From: Myxococcota bacterium
Lineage (GTDB): Bacteria; Myxococcota_A; UBA9160; UBA6930
DNA length: 64,000 nt
NCBI GenBank assembly: GCA_028285625.1
Contig: JANQOX010000012.1
Coordinates: forward strand, 229,517 to 293,516
Direction: 5' to 3'
Shown in pieces: positions 27,397 to 35,591 of the stretch; positions within the stretch are counted from its first letter, which is position 1, and each line of letters starts with the position of its first letter. The notes beneath the pieces were generated by a model. The model did no database searches. It was given only the letters and a program-made list of their open reading frames with translations, and was not told the origin of the DNA. The translations under genes were made by a program, and so were the position numbers.

Positions 27397-28521
27397 TCAG
27401 AGCCGCATCGGCATCACCACGGCGAGCGTATCCTCGTCGTCGGTGGGCCGTAGTTCGGCGGGCGAATTGCCGTCGCGAAGGCCGATCCGGAGTTCCTTGC
27501 CGCCCATCGCGGAGAGGGCATCGAGCAGGTACTTGGCGTTGAATCCAACGGAGACGCCCTCGCCCTCGTAATCGACGTCGAGCTCTTCCTCGGCATCGCC
27601 CAGGTCCGGGTTCTGAGAGGAGAGCTTGATCGTCCCCTGGGCCAGCTCGACCTTGACCGCACGACTCCGTTCGGCGGACAGCAGCGCCACGCGGCGCAGG
27701 GCCCGGACCAGCGGATCCGCCGGCACCGTGAGCGTGTGATCGCACTGCTTGGGAATGACCTGGTTGTAGTTCGGGAACTCACCTTCGATCAGACGCATGA
27801 GCAGTGTGACGTCGCCCTTTCGCGCCAGGCCACTGTTGCCCTCGAAGCCGAGCTCGATCTCGTCGGCGTCCTCTTCGTCCACCAGACGCTTGAGCTCGGC
27901 CAGGCCCTTGCGCGGCACGATCACACCGCTGGCGAGGCCCGTCGCTTCGCTGCCGATGGCGCGATCGACGACGCCGAGGCGATGACCGTCGGTGGCGACC
28001 ATGCGGATCTTCGCCTGGTCTTCCATCACCTCGAAGAACACGCCATTCAGGTTGTATCGCGTCTCATCGGTGGAGGCGGCGTACATGGTGCGTTCGATCA
28101 TCGTGGAGAGTACGGCCGCCTGGATCGAAACCAGCTTTCCGGGCGCGAACTCGGGCAGCGCGGGGTATTCCTCGGGCTCGGTACCCGCGAGGTTGAAACG
28201 TGCGCGGTCGCACTTCACTTCGAGATAGGCGTTGCTCGTGCTCTGAAGACTCACGGGCTCGTCGGGCAGCTCGCGCACGATGTCGTACAGCTTGCGCGCC
28301 GAGACGGTCAGCCCACCGGGCTTCTGCACTGCCGCCGGGTGTCGACCGCGAATGCCCACCTCGAGATCGGTCGCGACGAGTTCGAGCCCCCCCTTGTCTC
28401 CCTTCCCGTCGGCACGGAGGAGGACGTTGGCCAGGATGGGCATCGAGCTTCGCTTCTCGACGATGGCCTGCAGTCGTGCGAGGCCCCTCTGGAGTTCACT
28501 CTTCTGGATGGAGAGCTTCAT
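27397..28521 (-). CDS. dnaN: DNA polymerase III beta sliding clamp
   Basis: ATG at 28521 (MKLSIQKSELQRGLARLQAIVEKRSSMPILANVLL); three-domain clamp length (374 aa). Confidence 0.92.
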   Translation of the reverse strand: MKLSIQKSELQRGLARLQAIVEKRSSMPILANVLLRADGKGDKGGLELVATDLEVGIRGRHPAAVQKPGGLTVSARKLYDIVRELPDEPVSLQSTSNAYLEVKCDRARFNLAGTEPEEYPALPEFAPGKLVSIQAAVLSTMIERTMYAASTDETRYNLNGVFFEVMEDQAKIRMVATDGHRLGVVDRAIGSEATGLASGVIVPRKGLAELKRLVDEEDADEIELGFEGNSGLARKGDVTLLMRLIEGEFPNYNQVIPKQCDHTLTVPADPLVRALRRVALLSAERSRAVKVELAQGTIKLSSQNPDLGDAEEELDVDYEGEGVSVGFNAKYLLDALSAMGGKELRIGLRDGNSPAELRPTDDEDTLAVVMPMRL

Positions 28522-28676
28522 CGGATCGCGTCTCCGCTCTTCTTCATTCTGTTTTCTTGAAGAAAGGTGGTGGCAGTGGAGGTGAGGGGCGACGAACGAC
28601 AGAACGCGTTCATCTCCCGGTACTCGCTCGACTTCCGGCTTGTCGGTCGGCGCGGCGCAGCGCGCCACATGCGAGC

Positions 28677-28702
28677 CGATCCCCCCGGATCAGGGGGGAT
28701 CG
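28677..28702. repeat. Perfect 10-bp-stem palindrome/hairpin with three GATC motifs in the dnaN-rpmH divergent spacer
   Basis: CGATCCCCCC-GGATCA-GGGGGGATCG, read directly from the sequence. Its function is unknown. Confidence 0.6.
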
Positions 28703-28774
28703 TACCACGACCGGTGTGTTGTCGGAGTGCCTGCAAGCGCCTCTCCGAGGGTGATTTGGCCCGTTCTAGCCACC

Positions 28775-28804
28775 TTGACAGTCGACGCGGGCGGGCGTTA
28801 CGTT
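28775..28804 (+). promoter_or_regulatory. Candidate sigma70-type promoter for the rpmH operon
   Basis: TTGACA (28775-28780), an 18-nt spacer, then TACGTT (28799-28804), about 74 nt upstream of the rpmH ATG. Confidence 0.4.
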
Positions 28805-28877
28805 CGCGCGCCCGCCGGGCCAGGCCCTCGTCGATCCTTCCTCCTGACGAGCCTCTCCCTGCCCTGGAGTGCCCCGC

Positions 28878-29027
28878 ATGAAGCGAACGTATCAGCCGAG
28901 CCGGATTCGACGAAAGCGTCGTCATGGCTTTCGAAGTCGGATGAAGACCAAGGCCGGCCGGGCCGTGATCAAGCGACGCCGTGCCAAGGGGCGCAAGCGC
29001 CTGGCCGTCTCGGTCGCCTCCAAGTAG
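28878..29027 (+). CDS. rpmH: 50S ribosomal protein L34
   Basis: Too short for the ORF track. My own translation is [49 protein letters not shown]-stop, the canonical L34 sequence. Confidence 0.9.
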   Translation: MKRTYQPSRIRRKRRHGFRSRMKTKAGRAVIKRRRAKGRKRLAVSVASK

Positions 29028-29086
29028 TCGTGCCGGCCTGCAGCCGGCCGCGCTTGGACGCGGGGCCCGAGGCGCGATTGCGCCGG

Positions 29087-29419
29087 ATGGACCGCGTTCG
29101 CAGCCGTCGGGACTACCAGCGCCTGTCTCGCCGTGGCCGCCGCCATCGCGTGGGTCACTTCGTGCTCGTCGCCGGAGAGGGCTGGGACGCCCCGCGAACC
29201 CGCCTGGGGCTGACCGTGAGCCGAAAGGTGGGCAACGCCGTGGCCCGCAACCGGGTGAAGCGCCGTATCCGCGAGTGGTTCCGCCGCGAACGGACCGTGC
29301 TGCGCGAGGGCCGCGACCTGATCGTGATCGCCCGTCCTGGGGCGGCAGAACTGGATGTGGCGACCACCCACGAGGAGCTGCGCGAGCTGCTGGGTCGCGA
29401 GCGCGGGTCGGCGCAGTGA
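29087..29419 (+). CDS. rnpA: Ribonuclease P protein component
   Basis: ATG at 29087; [11 protein letters not shown]...[24 protein letters not shown] is the RNase P protein RNR motif. An alternative TTG start is at 29054. Confidence 0.85.
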   Translation: MDRVRSRRDYQRLSRRGRRHRVGHFVLVAGEGWDAPRTRLGLTVSRKVGNAVARNRVKRRIREWFRRERTVLREGRDLIVIARPGAAELDVATTHEELRELLGRERGSAQ

Positions 29420-29838
29420 GGGTTCTCGAGCTGCTGCGTCAGGCGCTCTCTCATGCCCTGATCTTCGTGATCCAGGCCTGGCGGATGCTGATCACCCCCA
29501 TTCTGGGGCCCGCCTGCCGCTATGAGCCCAGCTGCTCCGCCTATGCCCAGGAGGCCATCCACCTCCACGGCCCCGTCCGCGGCGCCACGCTGGCCGCCCG
29601 CCGCATCCTGCGCTGCCACCCCTTCCACCCCGGCGGCTACGACCCCGTCCCCGAGGGGAATAAGCCCCGTGATCGCGGTGCCGAAGCCAGCGCCTGGCCG
29701 AGCCCCGCGTCGGCCTCCCCAGAGCGGAGCGCCTGCGGGCCGGCTCGGCCAAGCCCCGTATCGATCTCCCCAGAGCGGAGCGCCTACGGAACGGCTCGGC
29801 CAAGCGCCGCATTGACCTCCCCAGAGCGGAGCGCCTGA
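29416..29838 (+). CDS. yidD: Membrane protein insertion efficiency factor YidD with a repeat-containing C-terminal extension
   Basis: The GTG at 29416 overlaps the rnpA stop (GTGA). The core is [18 protein letters not shown]...[17 protein letters not shown], followed by ~60 extra residues including SPERSA-type 17-aa repeats. Confidence 0.8.
   Translation: MRVLELLRQALSHALIFVIQAWRMLITPILGPACRYEPSCSAYAQEAIHLHGPVRGATLAARRILRCHPFHPGGYDPVPEGNKPRDRGAEASAWPSPASASPERSACGPARPSPVSISPERSAYGTARPSAALTSPERSA
29716..29838 (+). repeat. 51-bp in-frame tandem repeat (2.4 copies) forming the 3' end of yidD
   Basis: Units start at 29716, 29767 and 29818 (tccccagagcggagcgcct...). The third copy contains the TGA stop, 3 nt before the yidC ATG. 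Confidence 0.9.
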
Positions 29839-29841
29839 ACG

Positions 29842-31578
29842 ATGGACCGCAATTTCATCCTCGCCATCGCGCTCAGCTTTCTCGTCCTCACCACCTGGTC
29901 GATGTACACCTCGACCGGTGAGCGTGCCGAGGCCGAGCGGCAGGCGGCCGAGGCCGAGCGAAGGGCGGCCGGGGCACCTCAGTCCCCGGGGGCACCCGAC
30001 CCGGACCAAGCCGCCGTACCGCTGGCCGACGACGGTTCGTTCGCTCCCGCCCCGAGCCCCTCGACCGCAACTCCGAGCCCCGCGCCCACGGCGGCCCCCG
30101 CTGCGCCGCGCGCTCCCGAGGAGCGCATCGTGGTCTCCGGCGACCTGTGGGAGGCCGAGTTCAGCTCTCACGGCGGAACCCTCGAGCGCTGGGTGCTCCA
30201 GAACTACGACGACGCATCGCGCCCGGGCCGCCCGCAGGTCGAGATCACCACGCCCGACCCCATCGACCCGAACGCGCCGCGGCCGTTGGCCACGCCGTTC
30301 CTCGAGCTGGGCGCGGGCGATCTGTCTCGCGCGGCCTACACCGTGGACCAGCCGGACCCCAACACCATCGTGTTCACGCGCACGGCCGGCGGTGTGCGCA
30401 TCACCAAGACCTACACGCTCGATCCCACGCAGTACGAGCTCGACCTGCGCATCCTGGTGGAGAACGGGACCGACCGGTACGTGCGCTCGACGTTCCGTGC
30501 CCTGTGGCCGGCGGTCGCGCGCGACAGTGCGGACTTCAAGGAGTTCATGCTAGGCGCGTTCTCGAACGGCAGCATCGAGCAGGCGCCGGTCACCGCGGGG
30601 CCGAGCTTTCTCGGCTTCGGCGGCGGCAGCTTCGAGGGCGAGATCACCTATCCCGAAGAGCGCCCGGCCGATCTCGACTGGGCCGGCGCGCAGATGCGGT
30701 ACTTCGTCGCGGCACTGATTCCGGACGTACCGCGCGAGGCCGCCGCGCGCTTCACCTCGTTGCGCGCAGGCGAGGCCGCGCTCGCAGAGCTCGCCTACAA
30801 CCCGATCGACCTGCCTCCGGGCCAGCGTGCCGAGCGCGGCTACCGGATCTACCTGGGGCCGAAGGAGCCCGAGCTTCTCGACGCCGTCGGTGCGCACCTC
30901 GACGAGGCCATCCTGAAGGGGTGGTTCCCGGCGCTCACACGCTTCTTCACCTGGGCGCTCACGACGACACAGGCGGCCGTCGGAAACTACGGCATCGCGA
31001 TCGTGATCATCACGGTCCTCGTTCGTTTGTTGATGGCACCGATCATGACGCGCCAGATGAAGTCGATGAAGCGCCTGTCGGAGCTGCAGCCGAAGATCAA
31101 GGAGGTCCAGGAGAAGTTCCCGGACGATCGGCAGAAGCAGTCCGAAGCGATGATGGCCGTCTACAAGGAAGCGGGCGTGAGCCCCTTCAGTGCGATGGCC
31201 GGCTGCTTCCCGATGCTGCTGCAGCTACCCGTCTTCATCGGTTTCTACTACGCGCTGCAGGGTGCGATCTCGCTGCGACAGCAGCCCTTCTTCGGCTGGA
31301 TCACCGACCTCTCCGAACCGGAGCAGCTGTTCGTGATCCCCGGCCTCGAACTGCCCGTGCGCCTGCTTCCGCTCTTGATGGGCGGCAGCATGGTGCTCCA
31401 GCAACGGCTCACTCCGACCGCCATGGACCCGGCTCAGGCGCGCATGATGTTGATCGTGATGCCCATCATGTTCACCGTGCTCTTCTACCAGTTCGCCTCT
31501 GGCCTGGTCCTCTACTGGCTCGTCAGCAACCTGCTGGGCATTGGCCAGCAGTACCTCACCAACCGCTCGAAGGATTGA
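29842..31578 (+). CDS. yidC: Membrane protein insertase YidC
   Basis: 578 aa; an N-terminal transmembrane segment, a large periplasmic domain and a C-terminal 60-kDa-IMP core (MKRLSELQPKIKEVQEKF..., LYWLVSNLLGIGQQ). Confidence 0.92.
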   Translation: MDRNFILAIALSFLVLTTWSMYTSTGERAEAERQAAEAERRAAGAPQSPGAPDPDQAAVPLADDGSFAPAPSPSTATPSPAPTAAPAAPRAPEERIVVSGDLWEAEFSSHGGTLERWVLQNYDDASRPGRPQVEITTPDPIDPNAPRPLATPFLELGAGDLSRAAYTVDQPDPNTIVFTRTAGGVRITKTYTLDPTQYELDLRILVENGTDRYVRSTFRALWPAVARDSADFKEFMLGAFSNGSIEQAPVTAGPSFLGFGGGSFEGEITYPEERPADLDWAGAQMRYFVAALIPDVPREAAARFTSLRAGEAALAELAYNPIDLPPGQRAERGYRIYLGPKEPELLDAVGAHLDEAILKGWFPALTRFFTWALTTTQAAVGNYGIAIVIITVLVRLLMAPIMTRQMKSMKRLSELQPKIKEVQEKFPDDRQKQSEAMMAVYKEAGVSPFSAMAGCFPMLLQLPVFIGFYYALQGAISLRQQPFFGWITDLSEPEQLFVIPGLELPVRLLPLLMGGSMVLQQRLTPTAMDPAQARMMLIVMPIMFTVLFYQFASGLVLYWLVSNLLGIGQQYLTNRSKD

Positions 31579-31582
31579 ATCC

Positions 31583-32548
31583 ATGTACGACACCAAGTCC
31601 GAGGCGCACGAGTTCATTGCCGACACCGAAGAAGAGGCGCGCTCGAAGGCCGCCGGATTCTTCGGCGTGGATGCGTCGGAGCTCACCGTGGCGGTGCTGC
31701 CCGACACCACCTCTGGCCTGGCGGGCCGCGCGATGGTCGTGGCCCAGCTGACGGAGGCGGTCGGAAAGGCTCCTGCCGGCGGCCGCGATGATGGTCCCCG
31801 CGGGGGTCGAGATCGTGATGGCGAGCGTTCGGCTCGGGGAGATCGCGGCGGCCGCGACCGGGACCGTGGCGGTCGAGGTGGCCGGGGTCGTGATCGGGAC
31901 CGCGGTGGGGATCGAGACCGGGATCGAGGCCGAGGGCGGCGTGGAGACCGGGACGACCGAGAAGATCGCGGCCGTGGCGATCGCGGCGGCCGCGGTGCAC
32001 GAACCGAGCGCGTCGAGGTCGAGCTGTCCGACGAGCCGTCCGTGGGCAAGGCCGTGGGCACCCTCGGTCCCGTCGGTGACTTCCTGCTGGGTGCGCTCGA
32101 GCGCATGGAGGTCGGCCCCTTCGAGTTGAGCGAGACCGAAGAGGACCGCTACTTGATCTACCAGGTGACCGGAGCCGCGGCGGACGCGCTCTCGGCCGGC
32201 GAGGCGCGCGCTCCCGACGCCCTCCAGTTGATCGCGAACCAGGCCGCGGGGCAGCTCTTCGACGAGCCCAAGCGCATCGTCGTGGACGTCGAGGGAGACC
32301 GCGAGAAGCGCGACGCGCTGCTCGAGCGCATCGCCGATCGGGCCGCCAAGCGCGCGACCGAGACCGGCCGCTCGGTGGCGCTCGAGCCGATGAACTCGAA
32401 GGATCGGCGCGGCATCCACATGGCGCTCCGCGACGAGGACGGCATCGCGACCATGAGCATCGGCGAGGGCCGTTATCGCCAGGTGGTCGTGGTACCCGAG
32501 GGCGCAGACGAGTGGGATGAGGCCGTCGAGGCCTCGAACAACGGCTAG
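31583..32548 (+). CDS. jag: Jag/KhpB RNA-binding protein (Jag_N, KH, R3H) with an inserted Arg/Gly/Asp-rich low-complexity region
   Basis: ATG at 31583; a Jag_N-like N-terminus and a C-terminal R3H motif (PMNSKDRRGIHMAL). Residues ~66-143 read GGRDRDGER...RGGRGGRGRDRDRGGDRDRDRGRGRRGD. Confidence 0.85.
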   Translation: MYDTKSEAHEFIADTEEEARSKAAGFFGVDASELTVAVLPDTTSGLAGRAMVVAQLTEAVGKAPAGGRDDGPRGGRDRDGERSARGDRGGRDRDRGGRGGRGRDRDRGGDRDRDRGRGRRGDRDDREDRGRGDRGGRGARTERVEVELSDEPSVGKAVGTLGPVGDFLLGALERMEVGPFELSETEEDRYLIYQVTGAAADALSAGEARAPDALQLIANQAAGQLFDEPKRIVVDVEGDREKRDALLERIADRAAKRATETGRSVALEPMNSKDRRGIHMALRDEDGIATMSIGEGRYRQVVVVPEGADEWDEAVEASNNG

Positions 32549-32565
32549 GCCTGGTCCTGCCGGCC

Positions 32566-32579
32566 GTTCCACGTGGAAC
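32566..32579. other. parS-like palindrome 1 (GTTCCACGTGGAAC)
   Basis: Perfect 14-bp palindrome, extended to a 22-bp palindrome ggccGTTCCACGTGGAACggcc (32562-32583), 18 nt after the jag stop. Confidence 0.7.
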
Positions 32580-32631
32580 GGCCTGGCGCGGCTTCTGGTG
32601 CCGGTCCGGTGGCCGGAGCCGTGAGGCGCAC

Positions 32632-32645
32632 GTTCCACGTGGAAC
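32632..32645. other. parS-like palindrome 2 (GTTCCACGTGGAAC)
   Basis: Perfect 14-bp palindrome with c/g flanks (16-bp palindrome). Confidence 0.7.
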
Positions 32646-32655
32646 GCAGATGATG

Positions 32656-32712
32656 TGCGCCGTGCGTCGGCCGAAGGGTTGCGCCGTGCGTCGGGCGAGT
32701 GGTTGCGCCGTA
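32656..32712. repeat. 24-bp tandem repeat (~2.3 copies) between parS-like sites 2 and 3
   Basis: tgcgccgtgcgtcggccgaagggt / tgcgccgtgcgtcgggcgagtggt / tgcgccgt...; unit starts at 32656, 32680 and 32704. Confidence 0.8.
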
Positions 32713-32761
32713 CACCGCGCGCGCGGACACCAGGTGGGTCCTGCGAACCGGGGCAGCGAAC

Positions 32762-32775
32762 GTTCCACGTGGAAC
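32762..32775. other. parS-like palindrome 3 (GTTCCACGTGGAAC)
   Basis: Perfect 14-bp palindrome 30 nt upstream of the proposed rsmG start. Confidence 0.7.
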
Positions 32776-32804
32776 CCTGCCGGGTCTCCCACCGGAAGCC
32801 CGCC

Positions 32805-33485
32805 GTGACCGCCTCGTCGGCGGAGTCGCTTGCAGATCGCCTCGAGGGACCGGCGGCTCGGTTCGGCGTGGTTCTCTCGACGGACGCGATCACCGCGATG
32901 GCCCGCTTCGCCGAAGCGCTGCTGGCCTGGGCTCCAAGGATCAACCTGACCGGCGTACGCAGCCTCGATGAACTCGCCGACGAGCACCTGGCCGACGCGC
33001 TGGCGATCGTCCCGCATCTCCCCGCCTATGCCCGGGTGCTCGACGTGGGATCGGGCGGCGGGCTTCCCGGCATCCCGCTGGCCATCGCTCGACCCGACCT
33101 GCAACTCACGCTGCTCGAGCCGAGGGCCAAACGCGTGGCCTTTCTCCGCCATGCGCTGCGGCTGCTGTCGCGAACGGAAGACGTTCGCGTCGTGCACGGC
33201 CGGCTGGAGGAAGGGGGGATCTCGCTGGCCGAGCCGGACCAGGAGCAACCGCCGGGCGGCTTCGGGATCGAGAACGAGGCCGAGTTCGACGTGGCCCTGT
33301 CGCGCGCGGTCTGGCCGGTGCCGGACTGGCTGTCGCGCGGCCGGAGGGTGGTGGTGCCCGGTGGGCTGGTGCTGGGTCTCGAGGGTGGGGAGCCGGCCGG
33401 GCTTCCGTCCGACGCAGATCGCCATCCGTATGAGGTCGCCGGCCGGCAGCGAGCGGTGGTCACACTCCGTCGGGCGCGGGGCTAG
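32805..33485 (+). CDS. rsmG: 16S rRNA (guanine527-N7)-methyltransferase
   Basis: GTG at 32805, in frame with the 32655 ORF. It has NLTGVRS..., a SAM-binding VLDVGSGGGLPGIPLAI motif and LLEPRAKRVAFL. Confidence 0.85.
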   Translation: MTASSAESLADRLEGPAARFGVVLSTDAITAMARFAEALLAWAPRINLTGVRSLDELADEHLADALAIVPHLPAYARVLDVGSGGGLPGIPLAIARPDLQLTLLEPRAKRVAFLRHALRLLSRTEDVRVVHGRLEEGGISLAEPDQEQPPGGFGIENEAEFDVALSRAVWPVPDWLSRGRRVVVPGGLVLGLEGGEPAGLPSDADRHPYEVAGRQRAVVTLRRARG

Positions 33486-33514
33486 AGCGCGGGAACGGCC
33501 GCTGCTGCGGTGGC

Positions 33515-33528
33515 GTTCCACGTGGAAC
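33515..33528. other. parS-like palindrome 4 (GTTCCACGTGGAAC)
   Basis: Perfect 14-bp palindrome, 18 bp with flanks (gcGTTCCACGTGGAACgc), 30 nt after the rsmG stop. Confidence 0.7.
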
Positions 33529-33631
33529 GCCGGCCACCTGGGACGTCGGCGAACCTGGAACGCCTGGCAACCCGGAACCTCGGCCAGTCGCCGAGAGCAT
33601 CGTCAAGCCCTCGCCGCAACGCACCTGACTG

Positions 33632-33645
33632 GTTCCACGTGGAAC
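33632..33645. other. parS-like palindrome 5 (GTTCCACGTGGAAC)
   Basis: Perfect 14-bp palindrome upstream of parA. Confidence 0.7.
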
Positions 33646-33724
33646 GAACCCCATGGACCGAGGTCGCAGGCTTGTGGTACAACTCTCCGTAGGGGATGAA
33701 CTCCCCTGGGGTGGTGAGAGACCC

Positions 33725-34600
33725 GTGGATCCTGCGAGCACGACGCCGCCGGCCAACGCCGAAAGTCCCCCTGGGGGGTTCACTGGTGCGGGCACGGCTC
33801 GGGTGATCGCCGTCGTCAACCAGAAGGGTGGGGTCGGCAAGACCACCACGGCTGTGAACCTGGCGGCTTCGCTGGCCGCGGCCGAGCAGCCGACGCTCCT
33901 GGTCGATCTCGATCCGCAGGCCAACGCCACCAGCGCCTATGGTCTCGTCGGCGATGCGCCCAACGTCTACGACGTCCTGGTCGATGGCCGCAGCGTCGGC
34001 GAATCGTCGCGGTCTACCGAGCTGCCGCGCCTGCGGGTGCTTCCGTCGAGCCCCGACCTGGTGAGCGCCGAGATCGAGATCGTGGGCCTCGACGAACGCG
34101 AGTCGCGGTTGCGATCGGCGCTCGAGGGCGCGCGCGGCGAGTTCGCCTACGTGATCATCGACTGTCCGCCCTCGTTGGGCCTGCTCACGCTGAACGCGTT
34201 GGTCGCAGCCGACGCCGTCCTGATCCCGCTGCAATGCGAGTACTACGCACTCGAAGGTCTCGCGAGGTTGGTCGACACCGTCGACCGCGTGCGCGCGATC
34301 AATCCCGTGCTCGCGCTCGAGGGCATCGTACTCACCATGGTCGACCTGCGCGCGAATCTCGCGCGCCAGGTGGCCGACGAAGTGCGCGGGCATTTCGGGC
34401 AGGCCGTGTACGAGACGGTGATTCCGCGCAACGTGCGCTTGTCCGAGGCGCCGAGCCACGGCAAGCCCATTCTTCTCTACGACATCCAGTCGAAGGGCGC
34501 GGCGGCATACCTGCGGCTCGCCGAGGAGTTCCTGAAGCGCGATCGGGCGCGGGGCCTTGCGCCGCCGCCCGACGCGACGGACAAGGAGAGAGAGGCATGA
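33725..34600 (+). CDS. parA: Chromosome partitioning ATPase ParA/Soj
   Basis: Deviant Walker A VNQKGGVGKTTTAVNLA, then DLDPQANAT and the rest of the ParA fold. The start is uncertain: GTG 33725, GTG 33803 (which gives the classic MIAVVNQKGG N-terminus) or ATG 33653. Confidence 0.9.
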   Translation: MDPASTTPPANAESPPGGFTGAGTARVIAVVNQKGGVGKTTTAVNLAASLAAAEQPTLLVDLDPQANATSAYGLVGDAPNVYDVLVDGRSVGESSRSTELPRLRVLPSSPDLVSAEIEIVGLDERESRLRSALEGARGEFAYVIIDCPPSLGLLTLNALVAADAVLIPLQCEYYALEGLARLVDTVDRVRAINPVLALEGIVLTMVDLRANLARQVADEVRGHFGQAVYETVIPRNVRLSEAPSHGKPILLYDIQSKGAAAYLRLAEEFLKRDRARGLAPPPDATDKEREA

Positions 34601-34619
34601 CGCACGAGGGGGAAGAGGC

Positions 34620-35591
34620 ATGAGTGCCAAACGAAGTGCGCTGGGTCGCGGGCTCGACGCCCTGCTCCCGCCCGCCCGCACCGACGCGTCCAGCCGGACG
34701 AATGCCAACGAACGCCGTGAGCCGTCGACGGATGGCCCCGCCGTGAGCCCCCCGGAATCGGCCTCTACGCAGCCTTTCGCGGCCGACGGAGAAGACGGCC
34801 TGGTGCGGCTCGCCGTCGACGCCATCGAGCCCAACCCCGACCAGCCCCGGCGCCACTTCGCCGAGGACGGCCTGGCCTCGCTCGCCGACTCGATCGCGCG
34901 CCATGGCGTGTTGCAGCCCGTGGTGGTGCGCCGGCGTCCGGGCAGCGACCCGGCGCGCTACGAGCTCGTCGTGGGCGAGCGGCGCTGGCGCGCATCGCGT
35001 CGTGCCGGGCTCACGCACATCCCGGCCACGGTGCAGGACGTGGCCTCGCCGGCGCTTCTCGAAGTGGCGTTGGTCGAGAACGTGCAGCGCCGCGACCTCA
35101 ATCCCATGGAGCTGGCACTCGCCTTTCGCGCGCTGGCCGACGGAGGCCTCACCCAGGAAGCGATCGGCGAGCGCGTCGGGCTCGACCGGTCGAGCGTCGC
35201 CAACCACCTGCGACTGCTCGACCTCGATCCGCAGCTTCAGCAGGACGTCGAGTCGGGCACGCTCGGGCTCGGCCATGCCAAGGCGCTCCTGCAGCTCGAA
35301 GCCCCCGAGCGGCGCAAGGCGCTGCGCGACCGCATCCTCGCGAGTTCGCTTTCGGTGCGCGCGGCCGAAGAGCTTGCGCGGACGCTGAGCGGCACGCGCC
35401 AGCCCGTGCGCAAGGCGCCGAAGTCGCGCGCCGATGCCGTCGACCCGAACCTCCAGGGGCTGATCGACCAGCTGCGCGACCACCTCCAGACCCGCGTCCG
35501 CATCACCGGCAGCGCCGCCCGCGGCAAGCTCGAGGTCGAGTTCTACGGCCCCGAAGAGCTTCACCGGATCAGCACGGCAATTCTTGGTTGA
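34620..35591 (+). CDS. parB: Chromosome partitioning protein ParB (parS-binding CTPase)
   Basis: ATG at 34620 (MSAKRSALGRGLDALLP); ParB box GERRWRA(SR), an HTH region (TQEAIGERVGLDRSSVANHLRLL) and a C-terminal dimerisation segment. Confidence 0.9.
   Translation: MSAKRSALGRGLDALLPPARTDASSRTNANERREPSTDGPAVSPPESASTQPFAADGEDGLVRLAVDAIEPNPDQPRRHFAEDGLASLADSIARHGVLQPVVVRRRPGSDPARYELVVGERRWRASRRAGLTHIPATVQDVASPALLEVALVENVQRRDLNPMELALAFRALADGGLTQEAIGERVGLDRSSVANHLRLLDLDPQLQQDVESGTLGLGHAKALLQLEAPERRKALRDRILASSLSVRAAEELARTLSGTRQPVRKAPKSRADAVDPNLQGLIDQLRDHLQTRVRITGSAARGKLEVEFYGPEELHRISTAILG

Noticed and set aside
28677-28702. The three clustered GATC motifs as a Dam/SeqA-type origin methylation cluster
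   Set aside because: Dam/SeqA regulation is restricted to certain gammaproteobacteria. The GATCs are a by-product of the palindrome sequence, and nothing in the window indicates a Dam system.
28522-28877. DnaA boxes or a classical oriC in the dnaN-rpmH spacer
   Set aside because: I found no TTATCCACA/TGTGGATAA or a one-mismatch version by eye, only a short AT-richer patch and GC palindromes. The origin hypothesis is kept as an inference from synteny and strand switch, not as an annotated oriC.
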